Shown: positions 28,017-38,514 of the stretch, in pieces | Numbering within the stretch: the stretch's first letter is position 1 | How the letters are laid out: the number at the start of each line of letters is the position of its first letter | Assembly: GCF_030646015.1 (NCBI RefSeq) | Contig: NZ_JAUSLT010000067.1 | Coordinates: 27,484-91,483 of the forward strand | Reading direction: 5' to 3' | DNA from: Bradyrhizobium sp. | GTDB lineage: Bacteria; Pseudomonadota; Alphaproteobacteria; Rhizobiales; Xanthobacteraceae | DNA: 64,000 bases | The notes under the pieces: generated by a model | Database searches by the model: none | Told to the model about the DNA's origin: nothing | The model's input: only the letters and a program-made list of their open reading frames with translations | Made by a program: the position numbers and the translations under genes

Positions 28017-28895
28017 ATGGCTTTGACGTCTTCGCGCGTGCGCGCGGTAAACGCGGTTTTCGAAGCCGGCAATTTTTCCGCTGCGGCAAGACGTCTCGGC
28101 GTCTCGCAGCCCTCGGTCGCCCAGCTGGTTCGTGAGCTGGAGTCCGAGTTCAATGTCAGGCTGTTCGATCGACACGGCCACAATCTGGTGGCTACTTCGC
28201 TATGCCGCCAGCTCTACGCCGCGACCAACCGAATCCAGGCGATGGAAGCCGACGCGGTGGCAATTCTCGAGCAGCGCGAGGAGCTGGCGGGAGGCGAGCT
28301 GCGCGTGGGCCTGGGTAACTCAATGCCCGGGATGGCGCTCATTTCTGCATTCAAGGCGCTCTATCCGAAAATCCAGATCAGCGTGGAGATCGGCAACTGG
28401 TCGGACATCATGGCTGCCGTCATCGATCGGCGCGTCGACGTTGCGGTGCTGCCCGAGGTGCCTCAGGACCGCCGGTTTCGATGCGAAGTGTGTCTCAATC
28501 AGCGTGTCGTGGCGATCTGTCATCCGGGACACCGCCTCAATCAGTTGGGTCAGGTGTCGGTCGCCGAGCTGACGCAATACCCGCTGGTGTTTCGCAGCCG
28601 CAATTCCTCCACCCAACGCGTCGTGGACAAGGCATTCCGCGCGGCCGGACTGCGGATCGAGCCGGGCATCGTCGTCAACACCCGCGAAGGCATGCTGGAA
28701 GCCGTGGCGAACCAGCTCGGGATCGGATTCATATGGGAGCATGGCTCAAGCCGCGTCGACCGCATCGCCAAGGTCGTGGTGTCGGAGATGGACGTCGAGG
28801 TCCCCGAGTATATTTTCTCGCTGTTCGGCGCCAAGGGAAAACTCGTCGAGCTGTTCTTTCATTCGCGCAATCTGCTGCCGCAGGGTTCGAACTGA
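28017..28895 (+). CDS. LysR-family transcriptional regulator
   Basis: N-terminal HTH (FEAGNFSAAARRLGVSQPSVAQLVRELE) plus a LysR substrate-binding domain. Divergent from the ugp-like operon. Confidence 0.9.
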   Translation: MALTSSRVRAVNAVFEAGNFSAAARRLGVSQPSVAQLVRELESEFNVRLFDRHGHNLVATSLCRQLYAATNRIQAMEADAVAILEQREELAGGELRVGLGNSMPGMALISAFKALYPKIQISVEIGNWSDIMAAVIDRRVDVAVLPEVPQDRRFRCEVCLNQRVVAICHPGHRLNQLGQVSVAELTQYPLVFRSRNSSTQRVVDKAFRAAGLRIEPGIVVNTREGMLEAVANQLGIGFIWEHGSSRVDRIAKVVVSEMDVEVPEYIFSLFGAKGKLVELFFHSRNLLPQGSN

Positions 28896-29013
28896 GGCGC
28901 TATCGTTCTGGTGCAGAAACGACCCGATCGCAGGACAGCCGCGATGCCCTGCAATCCAGATATCCGATCGGCTCGGTGGCTTGCGGCCAGAGGCGGTTCG
29001 CGGTTCGAAAAAC

Positions 29014-30051
29014 CTATGCCGAGATGATGACCTTGAGCGCCCGCGTGCCGGCTGCGTTTCCGAACGTTTCGTAGGCATCGAGAATCTGATCGAATTTGAA
29101 GCGATGCGTGATCAGGAGCCGGGGATCGATCTTGTTCGATTGCACGGTCTTCAGCAGCATCGGGGTCGTGACCGTATCGACCAGCCGGGTCGTGATCGTG
29201 ATGTTCTGCGACCACAGCCGTTCGAGATGGAGGTCGGCCTTGGTGCCGTGGACGCCGACATTGGCGATCACGCCGCCAGGCGCGATGATGTCCTCGCAGA
29301 GGACGAAGGTTGCGGGAATGCCGACCGCCTCGATCGCGGTATCAACGCCGCGGCCATTCGTGAGCGCCATGACCTTCTCCACCGCCTTGCCGTCGGTGCT
29401 ATTGACGGTATGGGTTGCACCGAAGCGGCGGGCGACTTCGAGACGGTTGTCATCGAGATCGATCATGATAATCTCCGCCGGTGAATAGAACTGCGCCGTG
29501 AGCAGTGTCGCCAGACCGATGGGGCCGGTGCCGACGATCGCCACGGTGGATCCCGGAGCGACCTTGCCGTTGAGCACGCCGCATTCGAATCCGGTCGGGA
29601 GAATGTCGCTCAGCATGACCAGCGCTTCCTCGTCCGCGCCTTCGGGGATCGGATAGAGGCTGGTGTCGGCATGGGGAATCCGAACGAAATCCGCCTGCGT
29701 GCCGTCGATGACGTTGCCAAGGATCCAGCCGCCGGTGGTGCAATGAGAATACATGCCACGCCGGCAATATTCGCATTTGCCGCACGATGAGATGCAGGAG
29801 ATCAGCACGTGGTCGCCGGGGCGGAACGCGGTCACGCCGACGCCGACGGCGTCGATGATGCCAACCCCTTCATGCCCGAGAATTCGCCCCGGTGTGCAGG
29901 TGGTGACGTCACCCTTCAGAATGTGCAGGTCGGTTCCGCAGATCGTCGTCTTGGTGACCCTGACGATGGCGTCGCCCGGAAGCTGAAGTTCCGGCTTGGC
30001 ACGGTCTTCAACAGCCTTCGCGCCGGGGCCGAGGTAGATGAGGGCTTTCAT
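29014..30051 (-). CDS. zinc-dependent NAD(P) alcohol dehydrogenase
   Basis: Internal ATG at 30051 (MKALIYLGPG...). Motifs CGTDLH, GHEGVG and a GxGxxG-type Rossmann motif (IVGTGPIG). Confidence 0.85.
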   Translation of the reverse strand: MKALIYLGPGAKAVEDRAKPELQLPGDAIVRVTKTTICGTDLHILKGDVTTCTPGRILGHEGVGIIDAVGVGVTAFRPGDHVLISCISSCGKCEYCRRGMYSHCTTGGWILGNVIDGTQADFVRIPHADTSLYPIPEGADEEALVMLSDILPTGFECGVLNGKVAPGSTVAIVGTGPIGLATLLTAQFYSPAEIIMIDLDDNRLEVARRFGATHTVNSTDGKAVEKVMALTNGRGVDTAIEAVGIPATFVLCEDIIAPGGVIANVGVHGTKADLHLERLWSQNITITTRLVDTVTTPMLLKTVQSNKIDPRLLITHRFKFDQILDAYETFGNAAGTRALKVIISA

Positions 30052-30208
30052 GTGATCTTCCATTCGTAGGAGGCGGGGGTCATCAAGCCTGGGGGTTTTC
30101 TGCTCCGGCTGCTTGATCTGGATCAGCGGTCTGCAAGCGAAGGGGGGAGTGGCAATCCGAGCGCTCTTGCTCCGACTTCCCCGTCGTCACGATTAAAGGA
30201 ACCCGGCT

Positions 30209-31837
30209 TCAACCGGCCGAACTCCCGTGGTGCGGGTTCCGCTTGCGGGGGCGCTCTCGATCGGCTTCGTTGCGCCACCGCTTGACTTCGTCGAGCTCGG
30301 TGTCGGGCTGCGTTACGATTACTTCGCGTTGCCCGAGGTAGAGCTTGCCGCTGTCGCCGTCGATGGTGATCCAGTCGCTTTCCGAGATCGCTGTGTCCGC
30401 GAGCTTTGCCCGGGCGGCCGCGACGTCGATCGCCATGCTGCCGCATCCGACGACGCAGGGCTTGCCCATCTGGCGCGCGACCAGCGCGGCATGCGCGGTG
30501 CGGGCGCCAACGGATGTCACGATGCCTGCTGCGGCGGCAAAGCCCGCGACGTCGGCGGTGCTGGTATCGGGCCGCATCAGGATCACGGGGTCCCCCGCGG
30601 CGGCCAGGCGTTGCGCGCTTTCGGAGCAGAACGCCGCCCGTCCGACCGCGATGCCGCCCGACGCGCCGATGCCGGCGGTGACCGGATCATCCGCGGATGC
30701 CAGCGAGATCTGGACGAGAGCCGCAGGGTCGATGCCGTCGAGTCGCTGCAGCCCTTCTTGCTGCGTGATCAGTCCTTCGCGCACGAGGTCGATGGCGATC
30801 CGGAGCGCCGCGCGCGGGGTCCGCTTCGCGGAGCGCGTCTGCAGAATCCACAATTTGCCGTCCTCGATCGTAAACTCGACATCCTGCACATCGCCGAATT
30901 CCCGTTCCAGGCGCCCGAGAGTATCGCCCAGTTCGGCCGCAGCCGCCGGCAGCGAGCGGGCGAAGGTCTCTTCCGTATCCGGCGTCCGGCGGCCCGAGAC
31001 GACGTCTTCGCCCTGGGCGTCGAGCACGAGGTCGATCATCGGCTGGGCTTTGCCGGTTGAGGGATCCCGCGAAAACGCCACGCCGGCCCCGGACGAAAGT
31101 CCGCCATTGCCGAATACCATGGCCTGGACCGTAACCGCCGTACCCCGGAGATGGTCGAGTTTCTCTATACGGCGATAGGCCTGCGCCCGTTCGCTCATCC
31201 ACGACCGGTAGACGGCCCTTGCGGCGCTGTCGAGCTGCACCATCGCATCCTCCAGCCAGCTGTCATCGCCTTCCTCGATCAGCGCCTGCTCGTCTGCGGC
31301 GAGACGCTCGAGGGCCTCGCTGTCCAGTTCGCGGTCGCTGGCAACGCCTTCGCTGGCGGTCAACTCGGCAAGGCACGCCGCGAACGGCTCGGGGTCGAGG
31401 CTCAGCACCGCTTCGGCATAGCTTTCGAGAAACCGCCGCCGACAATCCCACGCCAGCCGCGGCCGGCCGGTGGCCCGGATCAGACCCTGCACGGCGGTCG
31501 ACGTGCAGCCGACGTTGAGGACCGTATCCAGCATGCCCGGCATCGATCGCGCCGCTCCCGAGCGTACCGATACCAGCAGCGGATGCCGGCGATCGCCAAG
31601 GCGCTTTCCGGTCGCGTTTTCCAGGAACTCGATACCGTCTTTCAGGCCATCGCGCAGATGGCGCTGCGCATGTCCATCCCCGTCGATGATCGCCGCGCAG
31701 AGCTTCACCGGGAGCACGAAGGCCGGCGGCACCGGCAGACCGAGGGCCGCCATCCGCGCCAGGTTGGCGGCTTTGGCGCCGACCACTTCGGCGGAATGCT
31801 GTTCGGTCGATACACCGCCGATACGCACGATATGCAT
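30209..31837 (-). CDS. PPDK-like protein: ATP-grasp nucleotide-binding plus phosphohistidine swivel domains only, with no PEP/pyruvate TIM-barrel domain
   Basis: The N-terminus resembles PPDK (GAKAANLARMAALGLPVPPAFV...SVRSGAARSMPGMLDTVLNVG). Phosphohistidine motif GARTAHAALVARQMGKPCVVGC. The protein ends about 90 aa later at 542 aa. Confidence 0.8.
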   Translation of the reverse strand: MHIVRIGGVSTEQHSAEVVGAKAANLARMAALGLPVPPAFVLPVKLCAAIIDGDGHAQRHLRDGLKDGIEFLENATGKRLGDRRHPLLVSVRSGAARSMPGMLDTVLNVGCTSTAVQGLIRATGRPRLAWDCRRRFLESYAEAVLSLDPEPFAACLAELTASEGVASDRELDSEALERLAADEQALIEEGDDSWLEDAMVQLDSAARAVYRSWMSERAQAYRRIEKLDHLRGTAVTVQAMVFGNGGLSSGAGVAFSRDPSTGKAQPMIDLVLDAQGEDVVSGRRTPDTEETFARSLPAAAAELGDTLGRLEREFGDVQDVEFTIEDGKLWILQTRSAKRTPRAALRIAIDLVREGLITQQEGLQRLDGIDPAALVQISLASADDPVTAGIGASGGIAVGRAAFCSESAQRLAAAGDPVILMRPDTSTADVAGFAAAAGIVTSVGARTAHAALVARQMGKPCVVGCGSMAIDVAAARAKLADTAISESDWITIDGDSGKLYLGQREVIVTQPDTELDEVKRWRNEADRERPRKRNPHHGSSAG

Positions 31838-31852
31838 AGGCTCGAGTCCTTC

Positions 31853-33781
31853 CTAGGCTGACAGTTCGGTCATGATGTGACGCCGCAGCAGATGGCCGAA
31901 ACCGGCCAGCTGATCGGTGGCGCGCTCGATGGCGCGGGCAAGTTCGAGAACGGAGAGCGACGTCGCCACGTCGAACCCCCCGGCGAACACCCGCGCGGTG
32001 ACCTCGCGTTCCCGGGAATCCGCCGCATGCTCGGCATCGATCAGGCGAACAACGGCGTCCAGCGCGTCTTCGGAGTCGGCGCGGCGTCCCTCCGGCACTT
32101 CGATGGCGGCGGCGAGGCCGGAAGCCGCGGCTTCTGTCGCCGTCGTGGCGATGGCGCACAACCCGGCAAGTGCTGACAGCAGCGATGGGTCGATTGCGGC
32201 GGGCGTCAGCGAGGCGATAAAGGCGGCCTGTTCCAGCTCATCGACGGCTTCCTCGACGCGGTCCACCAGTTGTTCGATGATCGGGCCGGCGTCGAGGCGG
32301 GTCGCTTCCTTGCGGGCCTGGATGGCAATGCGGTCGGCCTTGCGTTCGATGAGGCCGGCCCGGGTGGTCAGCAGCGTACCGTCCGCCGGACGGCCCGCCT
32401 GTAGTGCGGCAACGTGCTGGGCGATCGCAGCGGCTACATCGTGCGCCAATCCGATTTGACGCAGTACGATAGCGAGCAGGGCACTGTCGACACGTTCGAG
32501 ATGCCTGACCAGGTCGGCTTCGATCTGGTCGCGGACCAGCCTGACCGATCGTCCCCCGCTCAGCGCCTCTGTCGAGGCGCGCATCGCGGTCTTGAGGAAA
32601 TCGACCGCGGCGGTGCGTCCGAGCGCCTGATCCAGCCGCTCGCCGAAGCCGATGCGGGTCGGCGCCGCATTGCGTACCGCGGTGCCGATCAATTCATTGC
32701 CGCCGAGTTCCAGGAAGGCGCGGTGGCCGATCCGCTGCCGGGCGGCCCATTCGAGAATTCGGGTCGCATCGTCCTTGGCGACCCAGCTGCGCAACAGCTT
32801 GCGCGCCTTGTTCCAGTCGATCAGGAATACCAGCGCAGCGCCGAGCGCGGCCAGGAAGTCGTTGCGATCCTCGGAACTCTCGGCCTTGTACTGTCCGGTA
32901 ACCAGGAAGAAAGCGTTATCATCGCCAAGACCCGCCGCGGTATGACGATCGAGCCCGCTCCATTTCGCCTGGAATTTATCGAACAGGCCGATGAAGAATT
33001 TCGCGCGCGCCCGATGCACGTCGGTATAGGTCACCGTCACGGAATTCTTCTTGATCGCAATGACCACCACATGGGCGTCGGTGGTGCCGATATCGTTCTG
33101 AATCAGCAGCCGGCCGCCCGACCTCGTCGCCATCGTGTCGAGGCCGGGGTGGTCGAATTTCAGGGCGCGGGTCTCGTTGAGCCCCTGCATGAAGCGTTCC
33201 ACCGGGGTACGGTCTTCGGTGTGCAAGCCGAACACATGGGCGCCCGCCAGGATTTCCTCGGCGCAGCCGGCGGCCAGGCGGTTGAGCGCCTTGTGCAGAT
33301 CCATCACCAGTCGATGCAGGCTGTCGGCGCCTTCCTGCGTCACGCCGGTCAATTTGGCGACCCGCGGGATTTCGATTTCATTCAACGCCTCGAGCGCGCC
33401 GGAGTTGCGGATCGCCGCGAGCCGTGCGCTCATGGCTTCACCCTCGGCGGCGTTGCCCGCGCTCACGGCGCGGACCATCGCCGCCACGTCGTCGTGGATT
33501 TCCTTCATCAACTTGGCCAGATTGGGCGCGGCCATTCGGCCATCGCCGGCAAGATGAGCACCGCCGATCAGCGTCGCCAGCGTCGCGGGCGCCAGACCGG
33601 CGGCGTTGCATTCGACGTGCAAATCGGTGGCCGGCCGATCCGGCTGTTGCGCATGCTGTGATGCGGCCTGAAGCGCGCTCATGCGCACCTTGATGCGATC
33701 ATTCGCTGCCAGTCCCTCGGCAACGAGCGACGGCAGAAGGATGTCAGCTTGTCCGAGCTGCTCGATGATTTGTGATTTCAT
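31853..33781 (-). CDS. hypothetical 642-aa protein with C-terminal DUF47/PhoU-like helical repeats
   Basis: RBS GAAGG precedes the ATG. The stop lies 15 nt upstream of the PPDK-like gene start, whose own GGAAGGA RBS sits in the gap. The last ~200 aa carry two E-x-x-A-D-containing helical repeats (ERKADRIAIQARKE...VDELEQAAF; DAEHAADSREREV...IERATDQLAGF). Confidence 0.6.
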   Translation of the reverse strand: MKSQIIEQLGQADILLPSLVAEGLAANDRIKVRMSALQAASQHAQQPDRPATDLHVECNAAGLAPATLATLIGGAHLAGDGRMAAPNLAKLMKEIHDDVAAMVRAVSAGNAAEGEAMSARLAAIRNSGALEALNEIEIPRVAKLTGVTQEGADSLHRLVMDLHKALNRLAAGCAEEILAGAHVFGLHTEDRTPVERFMQGLNETRALKFDHPGLDTMATRSGGRLLIQNDIGTTDAHVVVIAIKKNSVTVTYTDVHRARAKFFIGLFDKFQAKWSGLDRHTAAGLGDDNAFFLVTGQYKAESSEDRNDFLAALGAALVFLIDWNKARKLLRSWVAKDDATRILEWAARQRIGHRAFLELGGNELIGTAVRNAAPTRIGFGERLDQALGRTAAVDFLKTAMRASTEALSGGRSVRLVRDQIEADLVRHLERVDSALLAIVLRQIGLAHDVAAAIAQHVAALQAGRPADGTLLTTRAGLIERKADRIAIQARKEATRLDAGPIIEQLVDRVEEAVDELEQAAFIASLTPAAIDPSLLSALAGLCAIATTATEAAASGLAAAIEVPEGRRADSEDALDAVVRLIDAEHAADSREREVTARVFAGGFDVATSLSVLELARAIERATDQLAGFGHLLRRHIMTELSA

Positions 33782-33882
33782 GGCCTGCCTTCAACAGTGA
33801 TGACAGGCATATGCACCGCATTGGCGACAGCTTCATTGCGCTAGATCATTCATGAAAACGTCATATTGGAAGAGCGCTGCGA

Positions 33883-34614
33883 TCAGGCATCCCTCGCGCG
33901 CAATCCCCAGTGGTGGACGATCCGGAATCGCGAAGCAGGGGTGTCTTGCCGGAAGACGGCGATCCGGTCGATCGGCAGCACCGGCAGGTTTAGTGCAACG
34001 AAGCGCTCCGCCAACATCTTCAGCAAGGGTTGGCGGCGCCCGGCGTCCAGCCGGCGGGTCAGTGTCATGTGAAACCGGAACTCGTCCATCACATAAGGAT
34101 ATCCCCAGCGATCGAGATGCTCGCGCTGCGCCGGCGTCAATTGCGAGGGATTGCGCCGCGCACGGTCGGCTTCGCTGAGCGGCGCGCGGAACGAATCGAA
34201 TTGGCTGACGCAATCCGCCGCAAGCTGGATCAGTTCCGGCGGCGGTTCCGCCGGGATCACCGCGATAAAGCCTTCGATCGAACCGATTACGGGCCGGATC
34301 GCCGGGATAGGCCGGGGCGTTGCGGCGAACGCGGCACATGCGGCAAGCAGCTCGACCTCGGTCTTTCCTGGCGCCAGCGACATCGGCGCCTTCAGGGTGG
34401 CGTGAAAACCGTATTTTCGGGGGTCGTTGGTCAGATCGCTCCAATCCGACGTCGCCTGCAGGATGCCGTCCGGGAAGGGCAGGTCCTCGCCGCGAAAGGC
34501 GTCATAGCCGAGCAGGTGCGCGCCGAAACGATCGAGGCCGCTGTCGGGTGCTGGGACATAGTAGATGGCGTAGCGCGGATGGTCGGCCATCTCGGCACCA
34601 TAGAGCCGCGTCAC
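33883..34614 (-). CDS. DUF1045 putative phosphonate-metabolism protein (2H-phosphoesterase-like)
   Basis: YAIYYVP...GFHATLKAPM...RFHMTLT carries two H-x-T-type motifs. The GTG start overlaps the phnM stop, with an alternative ATG at 34590. Confidence 0.75.
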   Translation of the reverse strand: MTRLYGAEMADHPRYAIYYVPAPDSGLDRFGAHLLGYDAFRGEDLPFPDGILQATSDWSDLTNDPRKYGFHATLKAPMSLAPGKTEVELLAACAAFAATPRPIPAIRPVIGSIEGFIAVIPAEPPPELIQLAADCVSQFDSFRAPLSEADRARRNPSQLTPAQREHLDRWGYPYVMDEFRFHMTLTRRLDAGRRQPLLKMLAERFVALNLPVLPIDRIAVFRQDTPASRFRIVHHWGLRARDA

Positions 34615-35804
34615 GCGGCCGCAACAGCCTTGCGCGGCGCGGCTGCGAACCGGATCAGGCGGTCAGCCTCGGTCAGATGGATCAGGCGTCCCGCGGCGAC
34701 GACACCGACGATTCGCGGCCGCAGCGGCACCTGGTCATCGACAAGGATGATGTCGGCGCGCCGGCCCGCGGCGAGTACACCGCGATCGGTGAGACCGGCG
34801 GCCGTGGCCGGTGCCGCCGAGATCAGGTGCCAGGCTTGCGCCAGCGGCAGCACGCCGTCGGCGGCGAGGCGAAAGGCCGCCAGCAATGGCGCGGGATAGT
34901 AGTAATCGGACGCCAGGATCGAGCACAGCCCCTTGGCGATCATGTCGGCCGCCTTGGTCCAGCCGGTGTGGCTGCCGCCGCGGACGACATTGGGCGCGCC
35001 GAACACGATGAAATCGCCCGCTGCGGCGGCCTCGCGCGCGGTTTCCTCGTTGACCGGGAATTCGGCGATGCCGACGCCCTGATCCCGAAATGCCCTGCGC
35101 ATCGCCGGGCTTTCATCGTCATGCGACAGCATGCGGACGCCGGCCGCTCGCGCCATCCCGGCCAGCCGTGCGACCGATGCCGGGACGTCGTGACCACGGG
35201 AAACCACGTTCGCCACCAGACCATCGAATGCCTCGCTGGAAAGGCCGGTGCGTTCCACCATGCGGCTGCGCTTCTGCGGCTTGGCCAGGCTGGCGACGGT
35301 GGAATCCATGTGGTCGTTGAAAGCGAACAGGTCGATCCGTCCGTCGGACAGCCATTGGCCGATTTCGGCTTCGGCATCGAGGTTGTACGTTTCATGGCGC
35401 AGGTGGAAGCGGGTGTCCGCCGCCAATTGCGGCCGCAGGGCCTCGATTCCCTCGAGCAACTGCCGTGCGTTGTCCGCGCTGCGCAGCCCCGGTTCCCACG
35501 ACCAGGTCGTGGCATGAAACACCGTGGTGATGCCGTTGGCGATCGCCTGCCGGTCGCTGTCGACCAGCGCCACATCGACGGGAAAATCGACGCCCGCGCG
35601 CGGCATCATCTGCCGCTCGAACGCGTCGCCGTGCAGATCGACGATGCCCGGCAGCACCTTCAGCCCGCTGGCATCGATGCCGACTGAGCCGTGCCCACGG
35701 TCCGAGCTCACGGCGTTGATGTCACGTCCGGCGAGTCGCAGCGAGGTTTCGTGAAACTCGTCGCCGACAAGGGTCTGGCCGCCTTCGATCGACAGGTTCG
35801 TCAT
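34611..35804 (-). CDS. phnM: alpha-D-ribose 1-methylphosphonate 5-triphosphate diphosphatase (PhnM paralogue 1)
   Basis: Amidohydrolase fold. [19 protein letters not shown] is typical of PhnM. Confidence 0.85.
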   Translation of the reverse strand: MTNLSIEGGQTLVGDEFHETSLRLAGRDINAVSSDRGHGSVGIDASGLKVLPGIVDLHGDAFERQMMPRAGVDFPVDVALVDSDRQAIANGITTVFHATTWSWEPGLRSADNARQLLEGIEALRPQLAADTRFHLRHETYNLDAEAEIGQWLSDGRIDLFAFNDHMDSTVASLAKPQKRSRMVERTGLSSEAFDGLVANVVSRGHDVPASVARLAGMARAAGVRMLSHDDESPAMRRAFRDQGVGIAEFPVNEETAREAAAAGDFIVFGAPNVVRGGSHTGWTKAADMIAKGLCSILASDYYYPAPLLAAFRLAADGVLPLAQAWHLISAAPATAAGLTDRGVLAAGRRADIILVDDQVPLRPRIVGVVAAGRLIHLTEADRLIRFAAAPRKAVAAA

Positions 35805-36463
35805 GATGCGGCACGCATGGCTTGCGAGCGCCCCGGGATCGCCGCCGCTTCATGCTTTTCCAGAAAATCCTCGATGGTCAGTTTGCGGAAATCGGGCAGG
35901 GCGCGGCGCAGCGTCTCGTGGTCCCAGTCCCACCACGCCAGCGCCGCGAGCCGGTCGGTGATGTCTTCCGGGAAGCGCCGCTTGATGACCCGCGCCGGAT
36001 TTCCGGCGACGATGGCGTAGGCCGGAACGTCCTTGGTCACGATCGCGCCCGCCGCGATCACGGCGCCGGTGCCGATGCTGCGACCCGGCAGCACGACGGC
36101 GCCATGCCCGATCCAGACATCATGGCCGATATGAACGTGATGCTCGCGCCGCCATGCGAAGAATTCCGCATCGTCGCCTTCTCCCGGGAAATAGCAGCTG
36201 GCGCGATAGGTGAAGTGGGCCTGCGACGCCCGCTGCATCGGGTGATTGCCCGGATTGATCCGCGTCATCGCCGCGATCGAGCAGAATTTTCCGATCGTGG
36301 CGTAGGTGATCTGGGCGTCGTTCACGACGTAGGAATAGTCGTCCATCGTCACTTCATGCAGGATCGTGCGCGCGCCGACCTCACAATAGGCGCCGAGCCT
36401 GACGTCGTGCAGGTTTGCTGTTCCGTCGACGGTCGGTTCAATCGAGAGCATTTTTCCGGCCAT
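35801..36463 (-). CDS. hexapeptide-repeat transferase, phosphonate-metabolism associated
   Basis: Internal ATG at 36463. Left-handed beta-helix repeats ([46 protein letters not shown]). Overlaps the phnM start. Confidence 0.8.
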   Translation of the reverse strand: MAGKMLSIEPTVDGTANLHDVRLGAYCEVGARTILHEVTMDDYSYVVNDAQITYATIGKFCSIAAMTRINPGNHPMQRASQAHFTYRASCYFPGEGDDAEFFAWRREHHVHIGHDVWIGHGAVVLPGRSIGTGAVIAAGAIVTKDVPAYAIVAGNPARVIKRRFPEDITDRLAALAWWDWDHETLRRALPDFRKLTIEDFLEKHEAAAIPGRSQAMRAAS

Positions 36464-36522
36464 GCGAATTCCCACACGAAATGGAGATTGATCTGGAAGT
36501 CCGCACGTCATCGGTGGGCCTG

Positions 36523-36551
36523 ATGACAATGTCATGACGAACGAATGACAG
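36523..36551 (-). promoter_or_regulatory. triple Pho-box-like repeat for the leftward phn operon
   Basis: The minus strand reads CTGTCAT-TCGT-TCGTCAT-GACA-TTGTCAT: three half-sites at 11-bp periodicity, about 60 nt upstream of the ATG at 36463. Confidence 0.55.
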
Positions 36552-36589
36552 CCGGCTCGGCTGTGGATGGCCACTGCACTGCAGCGCGG

Positions 36590-36607
36590 CTGTCACACAA
36601 CTGTAAA
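36590..36607 (+). promoter_or_regulatory. Pho-box-like site for phnCDEE
   Basis: CTGTCAC-ACAA-CTGTAAA, 47 nt upstream of the phnC ATG at 36654. Confidence 0.55.
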
Positions 36608-36653
36608 ACCCCGGCGCTAGCGATGGTGCCAGTTCTGGGCATTGGAGCATTGC

Positions 36654-37469
36654 ATGCTGGTGGTGGAAGGTTTGACGTGCCGTTTCGGCACAAAGGCCGC
36701 GGTCGACAATGCATCGTTCTCCATTGCGCCCGGCGGCTTCGTCGGTGTGATCGGCCGTTCCGGCGCCGGCAAGTCGACCCTGCTGCGGATGATCAATCGC
36801 CTCGCCGAACCCTCCGAAGGGCGCATTCTGTTCGAAGGCATCGATGTGACGTCACTGCGCGGCAAGGATCTGCGGCAGTGGCGCGCACGCTCGGCGATGA
36901 TCTTCCAGCAATTCAATCTGGTCGGCCGTCTGGATGTGTTGACCAACGTGCTGATGGGACGGCTCGCAACAGTGCCGGCATGGCGGTCGCTGACGCAGCT
37001 GTGGCCCGACGAGGACAAGGCGATTGCGATGTCGGCGCTCGAGCAGTTCGATATGGCCTCGATTGCGGCGCAGCGCGCCGATCAACTCTCGGGCGGTCAG
37101 CAGCAGCGCGTCGCGATTGCGCGTGCGCTGGTTCAGCAGCCGGCGATGATCCTCGCCGACGAGCCGATCGCCTCGCTCGATCCACGCAACACCCGGATCG
37201 TGATGGATGCGCTGCTGCGCATCAACAAGCACTTCGGCATCACCGTGATCTGCAATCTGCATTCGCTCGATCTGGCGCGGACGTACTGCGACCGCCTGAT
37301 CGGCATGGCTTCGGGGCGGATCGTATTCGACGGCGCACCGGCGGCGCTGACCGATCGCATCGCGCGCGAGCTTTACGATCTCGAGGCGGATGAAGTGATG
37401 GACGTGGCGCCCGGGCACGTGCCCACCCGTTCGCCGATTCCGGCTTTCGGTACGGTTGCCGCAGCCTGA
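36654..37469 (+). CDS. phnC: phosphonate ABC transporter ATP-binding protein
   Basis: ATG at 36654 lies 6 nt after GGAG; the track uses a TTG at 36642. Walker [10 protein letters not shown], signature LSGGQQQR, Walker [12 protein letters not shown]. Confidence 0.9.
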   Translation: MLVVEGLTCRFGTKAAVDNASFSIAPGGFVGVIGRSGAGKSTLLRMINRLAEPSEGRILFEGIDVTSLRGKDLRQWRARSAMIFQQFNLVGRLDVLTNVLMGRLATVPAWRSLTQLWPDEDKAIAMSALEQFDMASIAAQRADQLSGGQQQRVAIARALVQQPAMILADEPIASLDPRNTRIVMDALLRINKHFGITVICNLHSLDLARTYCDRLIGMASGRIVFDGAPAALTDRIARELYDLEADEVMDVAPGHVPTRSPIPAFGTVAAA

Positions 37470-37542
37470 GTGCTGCATCTGTAAATCAACAGCTGTGCGG
37501 GATGAAATCCGCCAGCTTCATCGCTGCAAAACAGGAGACGTC

Positions 37543-38451
37543 ATGATCAACCGTCGTATGATTCTCGCCGTCGCGGCGGGACTGGCATTCACAGCCTCCG
37601 CTGCATCGGCTCAGGACTGGAAGGCAAAGTACCCCGAACTGGTGTTCGCAAAAGTTCCCGATGAGAATGCCTCAGGCACCACCGACCGCTGGACGCCCCT
37701 GGCGGAGTATTTGACCCGGGAGCTGGGCACAAAAGTCACGCTGCGGATCGCCAACGATTATGCCGCGGTCATCGAAGGCCAGCGCGCCGGAAACATCCAC
37801 ATCGCGATGTATGGTCCGGCGTCCTACGCCCGCGCCTACATTATCGGCGCCAAGGTCGAGCCGTTCGCGATCGAAGTGAACGGCGACGGGACCAAGGGCT
37901 ATTACTCGGTTCTCTATGTGAAAAGTGGGTCGAGCTACAAGGACATCCAGGACCTGAAAGGCAAGAATCTCTGCCTTGTCGATCCCAATTCGACGTCGGG
38001 CAACAACGTGCCGCGTTTCGCGATGGACAAGATGGGTATCGACCCGGAAAAGTTCTTCTCCAAGGTGGTCTACTCCGGAAGCCACGAGAACGCGGTGATC
38101 GGACTTGCGCAGGGCACCTGCGATGCAGCGTTCAACTGGTGGAACGATGAAAACGAATCCAACCTGCTGCGGATGGAACGCAAGGGCATGGCGAAGGCCG
38201 CCGATTTCAAGATCATCCTGAAGTCCGAGCAGATCGTTAATTCGCCGATGGCATACCTCGGCACCCTGCCTGCCGACCTCAAGGCGGCGATCAAGAAGGC
38301 CGTGTTGGAAATTGCGATGAAGGACAAGGCCGCTTTCGACAAGATCTATGAGGGGAAACAGCTGCCTTTCGTCGCGGTTGACCACAAGGCCTATGAGCCC
38401 GTGGTCGACCTGATCAAGTTTGTCGACAGCATCCGCAAGCAGAAGTCCTGA
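37543..38451 (+). CDS. phnD: phosphonate ABC transporter substrate-binding protein
   Basis: Internal ATG at 37543 after CAGGAG. Signal peptide MINRRMILAVAAGLAFTASAASA. PhnD-like fold (YYSVLYVK...NSTSG). Confidence 0.9.
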   Translation: MINRRMILAVAAGLAFTASAASAQDWKAKYPELVFAKVPDENASGTTDRWTPLAEYLTRELGTKVTLRIANDYAAVIEGQRAGNIHIAMYGPASYARAYIIGAKVEPFAIEVNGDGTKGYYSVLYVKSGSSYKDIQDLKGKNLCLVDPNSTSGNNVPRFAMDKMGIDPEKFFSKVVYSGSHENAVIGLAQGTCDAAFNWWNDENESNLLRMERKGMAKAADFKIILKSEQIVNSPMAYLGTLPADLKAAIKKAVLEIAMKDKAAFDKIYEGKQLPFVAVDHKAYEPVVDLIKFVDSIRKQKS

Positions 38452-38471
38452 GCTACGGGTCGAGATGGTTT

Positions 38472-38493
38472 GGGCAGGTCGTGAGATCTGCCC
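38472..38493 (+). other. intercistronic hairpin between phnD and phnE
   Basis: GGGCAGGTC-GTGA-GATCTGCCC: a 9-bp stem with one G-U pair and a GTGA loop. Confidence 0.4.
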
Positions 38494-38514
38494 AGGCTCT
38501 CACCAGAAAATCCC

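Noticed and set aside
33782-33882. Possible Pho box upstream of the 642-aa gene. The minus strand contains CTGTCGC, CTGTCAT and CTGTTGA.
   Set aside because: The half-sites are spaced 24 and 9 bp start to start rather than 11 bp, and the proximal pair lies within 10-25 nt of the ATG. The arrangement is not consistent with a PhoB site.
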